Source of the DNA: Paraphysomonas bandaiensis
Taxonomy: Eukaryota; Protista; Chrysophyceae
Assembly: GCA_965644295.1 (NCBI GenBank)
Contig: CBFFRP010000212.1
Coordinates: 51,509-115,508 of the forward strand
Direction: 5' to 3'
DNA: 64,000 bases
The notes below the pieces were generated by a model that worked only from the letters and a program-made list of their open reading frames with translations, was not told the origin of the DNA and ran no database searches. The position numbers were made by a program, and so were the translations under genes. Of the stretch, positions 13,427 through 25,464 are shown one piece after another. Each line of letters starts with the position of its first letter. Within the stretch, counting starts at the first letter, position 1.

Positions 13427-14065
13427 TTAAAGCTTTCGTTTCGTTTCAAAGAATTTACTAATATAAGCGATTTGCCACAACATCACACCAATTAATATAA
13501 CAGCCTCCAAAATAGTCCAACATAAAACTTTCATATTCGTACTTTCTAAAGTAGCTCTGTGGACATCTTCACGCTGATTCATAAAGCTCTGGTGGTCTTT
13601 GAGAAATGAAAGCCCTTTCTGCAGTTCCAGAAGGTCTGTTTGAAGACTAGCAAACTCATAATCCGTGTCTTGGGTGTTATCCACAGTCCTAAAATTAAAT
13701 GCAACCAGCTTCTTATGTCCGTCGTGATTGTCGGGGCTGCCGTTGCTTATGCACAGGTTGTAATCTCCCTCCACATCAGCATCAAAGGCAAACGATCCCT
13801 CCGTCTCGTCCACATCAATGGCCCCTTTGCCCTCATAACGCGACTCATGATGAAGCTTATGTGACGGAGGAGGACCAACAACAGTGATAGATATCGGCTG
13901 AGGGTCCGGAGAGAGGATCTGAAAGCTGCCGAAACAAGGAGTACCTGGAGACGCTGTTACTATGAAACACTCAACTCTACCGGGATCAACAGACACTGAT
14001 AGAGACAGGACACATGCGCTCAACACACTCAGAAGCAAGATACAGTGCAACAGAAATCGAGACAT
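13427..14065 (-). CDS. p24/emp24/gp25L (TMED) GOLD-domain cargo receptor
   Basis: Signal peptide, GOLD cysteines (VECF, YNLCISN), coiled coil REDVHRATLESTN, TM helix, and C-terminal FFETKRKL sorting tail. Intronless. Confidence 0.95.
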   Translation of the reverse strand: MSRFLLHCILLLSVLSACVLSLSVSVDPGRVECFIVTASPGTPCFGSFQILSPDPQPISITVVGPPPSHKLHHESRYEGKGAIDVDETEGSFAFDADVEGDYNLCISNGSPDNHDGHKKLVAFNFRTVDNTQDTDYEFASLQTDLLELQKGLSFLKDHQSFMNQREDVHRATLESTNMKVLCWTILEAVILIGVMLWQIAYISKFFETKRKL

Positions 14066-14581
14066 TTGTGAAAGTGTTGTGCAGCAGGAGCACTATGAGT
14101 CTGCTTCCATATACATCTACATACATACATACACATGCATATGATTCCGTACAGGCATGCTTTGTATGTTTTTGTTCCAAGGTGCCTCTAATATTGAGAC
14201 AACAATTATCTGTACTCCAGCCGTAGTTGTATTGCAGAAATATAGAGGATTTATACTTCTATTTATTTCCGAAAAATAAGGTGCTGACTGCCGATATGTC
14301 AGAGTCTCATCTGTGTACAACACCATCATTATCTAGTACTGTAGTATACCGTATACGTATACCAGGTTCAGATCAAGACATTGCAGGTGTGTGTCCGTGA
14401 GAAACATGAGCAAATATTTCTTGTGGTCATACAGCAGCGTATACCGGTATACTGGGGCAGTATACAGCACATTGAACATCATCCAACTACACACATATAC
14501 AGTGCACATGTACAGTGCAGTACTGCAACACCCGCAGAGACCAATAGACAGAAGAAGACCAGAGAGATCCCGCCTCCATGG

Positions 14582-16665
14582 ATGAGCATCACCCACTCGT
14601 TGTTAGTGTTATGTATGATTGTTTCCACTAGAGGTCTTCGCAGTGGTAGAGTATTATTAAGAGCAGCATCGATCAGATCTCTGTCGCACTCCTCACACAC
14701 ATACAGACACATTCAGAGAGACAGTCACAGAGACATAAAGAGAGACAGAGAAACATATAAAATGGCGATGACATCTGCTGCTCGCACCCACAGAGACATA
14801 ACTCTCCTGCCTGAAGAAGAGGATCTGTTCGACACTCTTCTGCAGGTCATATCTGATGAGCGTCTGGGAACGACTGTTCGAGTGGCGGGCGGGTGGGTCA
14901 GAGACCGAATGTTAGGCAAGACAGACATGCATGATATCGACCTCGCGCTTGACAACATGTCTGGAAGTAAGTTTGCGGAGGCGCTGGTCGCCTGGAACAA
15001 AAAGAAAGGCAACAGTGAGTTACATTATCATGTTGTTCAACTCAACCCAGGTATGTATATGTTCTATGCTCTTTTTTTTATTTTTGTATGTTAGAGAAAT
15101 CGAAGCACCTTGAAACTGCCACTATGCGCTTGGGAAAATTCGAGGTAGACTTCGTACAGTTGCGTAGTGAGCAGTATACTTCTTCATCTCGCATCCCGGA
15201 GATCACATTCGGCACACCGCTTGAAGATGCCCTCCGACGTGATTTGACTATCAATAGTTTGTTCTTTAATATAAATACTCGGGAGGTAGAGGACTTTACC
15301 GGAAGAGGATTAGAGGACCTGCAACAGGGTATAGTTTGCACCCCTCTTCCTGCCCTTGTCACTTTGCAGGATGATCCTCTCCGGGCTCTCAGGGCTGTGC
15401 GATTTGCAAGCCGGTACAATTTTGCTGTAGCAACTGATCTACAAGCGGCTTGTCGGGACCCCACTGTGCACTGTGCTCTCACCACCAAGGTGAGCCGAGA
15501 GCGAATTTCTAAAGAGGTCAGCGAAATGTTGGCCCACCCCTCCGCTCCTGTCCGTGCCATACCACTCCTTTATCGACTTCAGCTGCTTCCCCTTGTAATA
15601 GCCTGTCCCACCCCCCAGGCGCTATACGACACATCTGGTGTGGCTTTGACAGATGCAGGGTGCTCTGTTGACCCCTCCAATATCGGCAGTGAACCGCTGG
15701 CACGGTTGGGGCTGAACCTCGTCCTGGCATCTCACTTGGTGCAGTTACATGCCCGGCGAAGGGGAGAGCCCGTGTTAGGGGGAGATGTGGAAAACAAACT
15801 CTTCCGGTACGCGGCTTTGACCTGTGGGGCCCATGGGGTGACGTACCTCTCCGCCCCACCAGGTACGAACAAGAGGCCACGACCCGTGCCGTTGGAAAAG
15901 CATATGTGCTTGGTGAGTGCGTATGCCCTCGTTTTTGCAATCTAAATGTTTCTCACATGGCTTCACATATTTCTCAGCACGAGCTTCACACCGGTAACAA
16001 AGATGCAGATAGTGTGAGCACTATCCAACGAGGGGCAGAAGCCTTGCTTTCACTTTTGCGTTTGCTTTCTGCCGCACTGGCCAGTGAAGGATCAGATGAG
16101 CGGTTGTGGCAAGTTGTGGAGTTGGATGGTTGCCCAACATGGGGTCCCATTGGTCGAGTGCGTTTGGGAATGGTGCTTCGAGATGTCGGGGAATTTTTTG
16201 CCCCTGCACTTCTGCTGGCATGCGCCCGACTTGTTCTCGAGGCTGAAGCTGAAGGAGATACAACTGCCGAGCTGATCGACCTTGTGATTGGCTGGTCTGA
16301 TGGGGATCACAACCCATCCATTGAGCGGGAGGGCACAGGTGGGGAGGGTAAATGGGAAAAGCGCATTGATTCCAGCCTAAGACTTGCGAGGGCTTTGGAG
16401 GCCGGTGTGTTCGCCCTACAGCTAGAGGAGGAGTGGAGGAGACCTGTCCCACTCTCTGGAAAGGACATTAAACAGGTGATGAACTTCTGATCCTGTTGTT
16501 TTCTTACATTTGTTGACCTGTTTGCAGTTCCTAACCAAGATACCGGCGGGGCCTACTTTCACTGAGATACTGAATTCTCAGACGGACTATCACTTGCGCC
16601 ATCCGAACTGTACGCCTACTGATATTGCCAATTACTTGAAAGAAAAGTATGCCAGCTTCGTTTAG
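14582..16665 (+). CDS. CCA1: Class II tRNA nucleotidyltransferase (CCA-adding enzyme), 4 exons
   Basis: Motifs VRVAGGWVRD, DIDLA (DxD), EDALRRDLTIN, DDPLRALRA and SRERI. Introns near 15051-15093, 15913-15978 and 16476-16527. Stop at 16663-16665. The start codon is uncertain (14582, 14615 or 14762). Confidence 0.92.
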
Positions 16666-16994
16666 TTATAGCTTTTGTGATGTGAATACATAACATTTAT
16701 TCTGATCGTATTTAGTATATCTAGTCAGCAGGAGTTTATGTCTTGTTAGCATACATCACATCCTTAGGAGAAACAGAACCCATACGCCAGGAATATACTT
16801 GATCTTTTACAGATTGTAATTGAATACCTTTTTGGAAAATAATTTCCCAACGAATGGAGATTTCGACTGGTGTCACACGATGAAGTATTATAATGAATTA
16901 ATAGCACCGACCTATCGATTACACTGTGATATGTGATACTGTATGCCTTGTCCTAGCTTACCGAGTCCATAAACTTTTCTTATAACCCTATATT

Positions 16995-18520
16995 CATGGC
17001 CTGGTAACCGTTAAAATGGTAATGACATTAATAATTGCCGGGACATTTTTCATTAATGCCATTATAATTGCCGGGTACTGGACAACCATTAATGGACCCT
17101 TAATCGCATTCTATTAATGAAATGTATTGGTACTTGATATATGCTATATATAGAACTGAGTAAACAATGCTTATGCAACTCTACAGCTACTCTGTGGCAA
17201 CTTTATTCATTATCAGCGGCAAACTTAATGCTACAATAGTTAGAAAATAGTTTCCTGTGAGCAATGTATAGGAAAGTCTGATTATTACATGAGAACGGTT
17301 GTGTACAGAAACTAGTTTATATCTATAGACTAACTACAGTAATAACTAGATTTGCTAAGTACTACTAGTGGCGGGCATCCGTCTCGAGACTGCTTGTGCA
17401 TCGCTGCGAGCACCATGGTGCACCGTCCCTTGTATTGAGGTTAGTCGGGGGGTCTACCTTTGGGCAATGTGTCTGGCGGGCCTGTGCCATGGATTACGTG
17501 AGGGGTGAATGAGGCGAGATGTATATGAGAGTGTAAGTCGGTGGTGGGGATGGTGCTGGTTGTTGAGGTGGGGTTTCGGCCACAAGTAAGGAGGAGTTGT
17601 TTCCGGAGTGGTTGCGCTTGCCCCTGTCGGGTCTGGACTCTTGCAGAAAGTGTAGTTCTTGGGGTGGACGTCGCCTGGAGTAGTTGGAGTATTTTTCCTG
17701 TGAGCAATGAGCAAAAACATAACAACGTACTTATACCCAAAAACACTAAAACAGAATTAAAATTATGCCTATTTCATCTATAAAACATTCATAAATATTC
17801 TTTTCCCCCAAAGTTGGAAGGAGATGCAGTTACACACCTAAACAAAACAATTATACTCTGTGATTATACCATATTATATTAAGCGACGATGATGGTCAAA
17901 AATGTTGATGGCAGTGTAATTCGCAGGGCCATCGAGTCACCTTCCTTCGTTCGGGCTCTATGTTTGCTTTTTGACACTGAGCGAGCAAAGACTTCTAAGA
18001 ATGCCAGTTTGCTCTCATCCGGCAGCACTCACGACAAAAGTGCAGGAACTGATTTTTTGCACAGGGTGTTCTGAACAGCGTCGAGGTTGCCAAGAGAGCT
18101 CGACTCGGTATCTATGAGTCCAGCTACCACTGATTGCTTCATATCGAAGTATAATCTAATTTGTTGTTGAGAGTCGTTCAAAGTTAATTATGACACCTGA
18201 GCGTATAGACATGAATCCATATCGCCTAGAATGTTGCTATTCCTACGAGGCAATTACATCTTGTGGGATGCTTATGCCCTCCATGAAGCCCTCCATGAAG
18301 CCCTGCAAGAAGATTTTGATGTGCCAATGGAGAGCGAGAAGTAGATTCGGCTCGTTGTCTGTTTTTACACGAAATTAGTAATTCAGGGAGCACTATACTA
18401 TATATTTTGAGCGTTATTATCTACTTGGGTATTAATTGCCCATATAATTCCACCAATGGCCCTTATAATTTCCGGGAACTGGACTACCATTAATGAGCCG
18501 TTAATGGTTACCAGGCCCTG
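16995..18520. mobile_element. Non-autonomous hAT-type DNA transposon
   Basis: TIRs CATGGCCTGGTAACC (16995) and GGTTACCAGGCCCTG (ends 18520). 8-bp TSD CCTATATT/CTTATATT. Subterminal repeats (ATAATTGCCGGG, CCATTAATG) at both ends. No intact transposase. Confidence 0.85.
17267..17693 (-). mobile_element. 5'-truncated non-LTR (LINE) 3' fragment nested in the hAT element
   Basis: Flanked by the perfect 16-bp direct repeat TTTCCTGTGAGCAATG (17251-17266, 17694-17709). The minus strand carries an ORF end (...GTGPPDTLPKGRPPD*), then a 3' UTR hairpin and a TAATAATCAGAC tail shared with the SINE-like family. Confidence 0.75.
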
Positions 18521-19603
18521 CTTATATTGATGGGCTGTGTCTATATATTGGCTTCACTCGTCCTATTGACTAAACTAGACCTCACTACAACTGAAATTTC
18601 TTTGGTTCTCCATCATAATAACATATTAGAATGACTAAAATTGTGTAAAGTTTGAAAGTTTCGTTAATTTAGACCGCTGTTATTACGACAAAAAATTGCG
18701 ATCATTAACTCATGCATATGCTTATTCTTATCTCATGAATTCAGCGTTCTGAATTGAAGTTTGAACTTAGAACTAACTGAATCATCTTAATACAGTAATC
18801 TATATTAGTATATCAGTTCAAGCACAATTGATTAAGATGATAGTATGTTTGTGTTCTATTTGTAAGAAGCCCAAGAACCACTTCGATTGTTTCATGCACA
18901 GTGCACAAGCATAAACACGCACAAAGAGACTATATGTTATGATAGCCAGATAAAGGATTGCCACAGCACTTTAGGAAGCAACGAAGATATATTATTCATA
19001 TGTTCAAATTTCCGATATTGATTGGTGAGAAGACATCGTTTGAATTACGAATGACGTGGAACTAAAGAGATTTCATCAAGCAGTTGCCTGCTACCTTAGT
19101 AGTTCTGTACTCTAGATATCTACATTATAATCGTAGGACACTATGTCCTACGTCCAATGCTTACGGCTGTAGTATTTGGTAAGATAATAGTACTTTCCCC
19201 ATAGCGTCATTACATTTAACCCACTGCCGTGGGGAAGTTTCGATGCCGAATTAATAAGACTCAATATTTCACTAATTACATACACTCTTATTCACGACAA
19301 TAAGTAATGATCAGGGACACGTATCACACACCTGCGACAATTGACCTTGTCAATATGACTACGTGTCATAAACACATCTATGCGGCAATGCAAACACGAA
19401 AAAGACATACACACACCAGACACCAGACATCGAAATATCAGCACGACTTTAACTGCGTACTTCGAAAATATACCTACCCTGTCATTATGCTATATCAAAT
19501 TTCGAAGCAGCATAATAAAGATAGAGTAACGCTTAAAAAGAGACCAATTACAGATGTATTCACACAGAAGCTATGCACGTAGTCTATTGAGGCATCGCCA
19601 GCG

Positions 19604-20305
19604 TCAATATCTTCCGTTAGCTTTAGTATAGTCATATGCGGCGCTAGCCATGAGTTTTTGCTGCCTAAGAGCCAGCTGTTTTTCTTTCTCCTGTCGCTCT
19701 CTCTTGTGTCGTAGCTCTAACTGTTTCTGTATCCTGTCGGCTGTTTCGTATTCATCCTCTCGGGTCTGGCGCTTCAACGAAATCTCTCGCCGAAATTTGT
19801 TTGTTTCCTCCCCGGGGCAACAAATGTATACACACCACCAAATCGGAGGCACAAATACTAGTAAGTACCCTAGAACTTCGAGCCATATTAGTCGAGGTTG
19901 GCCCTGAAACGCCTAGAGCAAATATCAAAATGGTAAGAGATAGAGGCATATTTGACTAACTTCAGATTCAGCTCTTCCTAACAATATGAAGAATATACCC
20001 ACAAGAGGAAGAAGCCACGCTACCAAACACACTATAGCCCTCTTGCGCGTATAAGACTCATACTGAGCGATATCGTCCATGTGATTCTCTAGTTTATTGT
20101 GAGCGCCTGTTATGGCGGCGTACTTCTGTACGCTACTAGAAGCGATAGTCCGCTGAGCCCCGAGATGGGCCTCTGAATCATACTCCTGTCTGTGTTGAGG
20201 GTCATGGTCACGGTTATTGTGATGGTGATGGTCTGAGTTATGAGTGGGGCGCACATGAACAGGAACTACTTTCACTTGGACGGGGCGAGGGTTAGCTTTC
20301 CTCAT
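19604..20305 (-). CDS. Hypothetical two-TM protein with coiled-coil C-terminus, 2 exons
   Basis: ORFs 19925-20305 and 19604-19852 join in frame across a GT-AG intron (~19913-19960), giving ...GRAESE/AFQGQPRLIWLEVLGYLLVFVPPIWWCVYICC. Confidence 0.7.
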
Positions 20306-20899
20306 TGTGCGCTACATACAGCAGTCCAGTCATGTGATGGGAGGCACATACATGCATATAGAGGGAGGTAGGAGGCCGGGTCTCACTTCGAAGAGAAGGA
20401 AGGAAGGAAGGAAGTAGCTAACGTATGATGAGTTACGTAAGCTCTGATAGGACTCTGGTCATCTGCGGTATGGACTTGTAGTGTGGAATACGTTTCACCA
20501 CTACACTGTACCTACACTGTACATACCTACACACCACAATACTCAGTATAGGAATACCTGGAATACCATGGAATACCGGAATATTATCGCTGATGTTGAA
20601 GATGTCGTCTGATAGTGCCGTCTGATGATACGCACAGATACACTACAGATACAGTATGCGGGACTGTACCGTATACCGTATACACTGCCTCTACAGCAGC
20701 GTACGATATACAGTATATAGCACAGCGTACGTTGTCGTCTGCGGATGTGTATGTATGTAGATGTACATGTGCGTTGAGGTGAAGCAGCCTGAAGCTACTC
20801 GAACTGGCTGTTAGACATACAAAATCAGGCGAAACAGGAGAGGTTCAGATACAGCAGAGCTCAGCCTCAACGGCTGCGAGTATTGTAATCATAGGCGAC

Positions 20900-23680
20900 A
20901 TGTCGGACAGTTTGTGCTACCAGTTCGAGCTGAATAACTTTAACTTTAAGATCACAGAGTCGACTATACGAGCTCTGAATAACTTCATCGTCAAGAGCGG
21001 GTTTAGTCATACTAATGTAAGAGATGTCGCTGGAGTGATGCGGGGTCTCTCTACGGATGGATTAATAACTAAGAGCGAGTATGACAGAGGCATAGAGAGG
21101 CTGTTGGACAGGGCGGATATATCAGAGGTGGATAAGGTGGGATGCTCCATGACCCTCTCGTCTATATTCTATGCACTGGAGAAGAGTGATAGCGATGTCG
21201 TTGATGTTGTTGACCTTATATGTGGACTGGCTGTCATATGTGAAGGGTAAGTTACTTGCAATGCACATATATTTTTGGTCATGTCTGAACATGTTGGCAC
21301 ATTCAGATCCAAAAGTTCGAAACTTGCCTTTGCTTTTGATCTTATGGATGAATATAAGACTGGGGTTTTGAGTAAACGCGGCTTGTGGCGGTATTTTCGC
21401 GCATTTTTATGTGTGTTGCTGACTGTCAGCGGTGCCTCGCTGGATATGTCATCCGAAGATTTAGCATCAGTGTGCGACGATTGTGCAGTGTGGACATCCG
21501 CAAACTTGTTGCAATCTCTTCCAAAAAGTGGATCTACACGGGGCTGCTCTTTTGAAGACCTCGCAGACTGGTACACAAAGGGGGGCTACCGTTTCGCCAC
21601 ATGGCTGGAGCTCCTGGACCTTTCCAAGTGGTTGCCTTTACGGGATCTTTCCGACAACCTTCCTGGACATTCTGTGCGTCCCACCCTTTCATCCCAGACC
21701 TCATATAGCTGGACCGGAAATGGCACCGCTAGTACCTCTAACCGAGTTCCAGAGAATCCGTTTGTGGAGGATGATGGGGTGGAGATTTTCAGATCTGGTT
21801 TATCCAATGGACACACGCTTTCACTTATGGAAAGTGACTCAAACTTCGTGCTGCAGATATCCCAGCTGACAGGTTTCTACAATATGACCCCCCAAATGCT
21901 TCTCCAGCGTTTGAAGGAATACTGTGTATACGATGGAGTGATAGGAATATCTGGATATAATAACTTTGTCAGCGCATCCGTCCCCCAAGATTTGGTAAGC
22001 GGCTTACCCTGTTAACTACCATTTCGTTTCGTATTGTTGACGGTTTCTCGTATATATATTTGTACACCTATAATTTTTAATTATTTTTACTGCACTAACG
22101 TTTGTTATATTTACAGAATGATGATGAGCTTGCGAAAGTATCTTTCGCGTTGTCTTCAATATACTACTCTTACGATGATGACGGACAGAACCAAGCCCTA
22201 CTTGTCTCTCTCGTTGCAGGACTGGCGGTGTTTTGCAAAGGGTCCAAAAGCTCAAAGCTAAGTGCATGCTTTCATTTGTTTGACAGGTAATGATATATGC
22301 TGTGTCTGTTGGTGATGTATCTATTCATTTTCTGCTCTGTTGTACTTATCCATTTGCCCCGCAGCGATGACGACGGACTTCTGACTTCCGATGAGGTTGC
22401 CCTCTTTTTGGGATCTTTTCTGCGCATGCTGCTTGCGTGTTCATTTTCAACGGCTTCTTCGCGCGAGTATGGTGCAACTAGTGAGATAGTCAATAATACC
22501 TGTCAGCTGCTTGCTCACGACATATCTGACGGTCGTTGTGTTGATTTCCAGACATTTGGAGATTGGTACAATCATGGCGGGTTCAAAATTATCCCCTGGA
22601 TTGAACTAATCGATATGTCCAAGTGGGTGAAAATATCTGCTGTGAATGCATCGAACGCTACCGAGGCCAGGGCGAATGACCTTGAGAATCGTTCGCCTCC
22701 TTCTCACCACCACCTACATTCAACCATCACGAACTCATTCGAAGAGGACTGCGCGACATTCACACTTACGCTCTACCGACGCAATGCTCAGCATATGGTG
22801 TCTATCTCCGCTGCCACTGTGCATGAAGTTAGTGCACTCTCTTCCCATAGCGGGCTGAGAGCTCTCGAACCGGAGCATATCGGACAAACGATCCTGTCGG
22901 GTTGCGGTGAGGACGGCCTTCTTTCCAGAAAGGAATTTGATCGCCTCATCCAACGGATCTACCCGGAGAGACGCAAGCAGTATTATGCAGACGTAGCTGC
23001 GCGAGTCAGCCGCGGAGGGACTCCATCTTCTCCATTTACTGAAAAGAGCAGGGATGCGTTTGGATCGCTCTTTAATTCGTTTGACAGGACCGACAAGGGG
23101 ATTGTCGATGCAATCGAAGTTGCCATAGGACTTGCGGTGCTGTGTGCAGGGTATGTTTAGATCAATGTGTAGTATTTTGTACACATTATTATGGATGTGG
23201 ATTATGAGAATGACGTTAACTAGTTTAGTGTGTCTGAATATGAGGGGCGTTACATCCGCCTCACTCACAATTCCGATATTGGTTCTTGAAAATATATATG
23301 TTTATTGTAAACTCCGCCTTTGTAGGTCCAAGAGCGCCAAGCTAGCTACGGCATTCGATTTGATTGATGAAGATGCGGACGGTTTACTATCTCGGCGTGG
23401 TCTCTGGCGATTTTTCCGATCTTTTCTCTGTGCCTTGCTCACTCTCAGTGGTGCGGCCCAAGAGCTTTCTCCAGATGAACTTATCCGTGTTGCTGATGGT
23501 ACTGCTCTATTTGCTTGTGACTCGGTTCTTACTTCTCCAACCACCGCGGATAAAGATGGCCAAGTTGCGGCGAGTTTTGATGATATTGCAGACTGGTACA
23601 CCTCATCGGGTTACCGTATTGCGCCCTGGCTGGAATTGCTTGATATGTCCAAGTGGAACCAGCTTGTCTCTAATGATTGA
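20900..23680 (+). CDS. Protein with three tandem NCS/recoverin-like EF-hand modules, 5 exons
   Basis: Three copies of GLAVxCxGSKSxKLxxxFxLxDxDxxGxLSxxxL...SFxDxxDWYxxGGYxxxxWLELLDxSKW. GT-AG introns reconcile the separate ORFs. Confidence 0.85.
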
Positions 23681-24286
23681 CCGGTATATGAAGTTCAATA
23701 AATATGCACATTTCTTTCGTTATCGTAAATTTTATTGATTCTCTCATGTTGTTGCTGTACGTGTAGTGCTGTCGAGGTAATCACTGCAGTTAAGTTTGTT
23801 CTTTTCGGTTGGTAGTCGTAGCTAGCGTTCTCTTCAGTTTTTTTGAAATGCCGTTGCTAATAACGAAAAAATATTCTGTGCTTTCTCCACGTAACAGATT
23901 TTCAGCTTTTGCTCTTGCTAATAATTTACCATAGTAAGTATGGAAGTATGGTTACGAGTTACTAGCAACTTACTTCCCATTTATCTTATTCGTGGTATTC
24001 ACTTGCTCTGAATAAACCTCAAACGATATTTATATCAACTGTTTGCCTGTTGCCTGTACTGTGAACCTGTACTCAACTCTGACAGGAGTAAAGAACAACT
24101 TCTTGTAACTAAGTAGTTAATATTTATATGTGGGAGGTTCTACTGGTAGCAGGAGAAATTTAGGAATTTACAAGATGAAGATATCATCATGATGTAGCAT
24201 GTGTACATTTTTAACTATCACCTATGGAATGAATATCCCATATATATATATGTAATAGTAAGTGTTACTAAGTGTGAATAGAAGTA

Positions 24287-24473
24287 GTGAATGTCTGATT
24301 ATTTAGCAATAGGCGTTGAGACCTTGCATCAATTAGTGGCTAGAAGAATGCTAGTCATACTAGTTAGACCACTACCCGTAACTAATCAATACAAACTCTT
24401 TTATCCTACTATTTAACGCTACGAAAGCTGCTTGTGCGTCGCCGCAAGCACCAAGGTGCAACCACCTCCGTTC
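24287..24473 (-). mobile_element. SINE-like family, 5'-truncated copy (A')
   Basis: Reverse complement of the family 3' end, flanked by the perfect 12-bp TSD TGAATAGAAGTA (24275-24286, 24474-24485). Confidence 0.8.
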
Positions 24474-24526
24474 TGAATAGAAGTAAGTGTTAATAAGTCC
24501 TGATAAACATGGTACTTGCATAAATC

Positions 24527-25086
24527 CCCTCAACAAAGTCGGACTCGCACATTTTCATGGTGTCCTGGGGGATAAGTACCGGAGAGATTCTCTCTGGGAA
24601 ATAACGTGAGCCGCAATAATAGTCAGCAGATAAATTTTCTGCCGACTCATAGCCGAAAATGCTTGTGTGGTACAAGGGACACCAATATAAGTGTCACTGT
24701 GTAGACGTCTTTGGTCTTTGGGCCTTGAAGAATAAACAGGCATCCGGTATTAAGGGTATCCAAGGTATTGGACTGCCTGCTGAAGTCAAGCATCCGGACT
24801 ATTCACCTTGAGGACTCAAAAATCCTGAAGTCAGCATGATATCAGGTATATCAACATTCTGCTTGCTCGCTGCATTTGCTTTGAGTGATAAGTGAAGGTG
24901 GTTGCACCTTGGTGCTTGCGGCGACGCATAAGCAGCTTCCGTAGCGTTTAATAGTAGGATAATATAGTTCGTAATAATACTAGTTATAGTTACAAGTAGA
25001 CGTCTATCTAGCTTGACTAGTTTTCATCTAGAGACTAAGCTGGTGCTGATTCTTAACGCCTATTGCTAATAATAAGACTTTCAATA
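24527..25086 (+). mobile_element. SINE-like family, full-length copy (A), ~560 bp
   Basis: Starts CCCTCAACAAAGTCGGACTCGCAC and ends TTGCTAATAATAAGACTTTCAATA. Homologous to 25180, 38041 and 44436. Degenerate TSD around GCATAAA. Confidence 0.8.
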
Positions 25087-25179
25087 TAGCATAAAGATAC
25101 AGGACATAGATCAGGAGAAGCGTCTCGTTACCTCTGACATTTTGACGTACCGAAACATACTTCAAGGATATATGTTTCA

Positions 25180-25325
25180 CCCTCAACAAAGTCGGGCTCG
25201 CACATATTCATGGTGTTCGGGGGATAAGTACCGGATATATTTCTCTGGGAAACTAATCTGAGCGGCATATATAGTCAGCAGATAAATTTTCTGCCCACTC
25301 ATAATGCTTCTGACTCTCAAACGCA
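25180..25325 (+). mobile_element. SINE-like family, internally deleted copy (B)
   Basis: Same 5' end CCCTCAACAAAGTCGGGCTCGCAC for ~128 bp, then joins CTGACTCTCAAACGC, which matches the near-3' part of copy D. Confidence 0.7.
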
Positions 25326-25464
25326 TACGTCATCTACCGAGAGCTATAGTTAGTAAAAGTTTTCCACGATTCAAAAATAAAATACAAAAAATAAAAACTT
25401 TCTTAAACGTTCTTGTTTCTACATGAAGTCTACGCAGAGCTCAAGCATTGCATTGCATCTCTTT

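Noticed and set aside
24287-25086. A single 800-bp MITE with long TIRs
   Set aside because: The left arm has its own 12-bp TSD and other copies have only one arm, so these are two independent insertions.
24527-25086. Fanzor/TnpB omega-RNA ghost element or CACTA transposon
   Set aside because: There is no nuclease ORF nearby. The CACTA string faces the wrong way and is part of a (CTA)n tail. 5' truncations and long TSDs fit retrotransposition.
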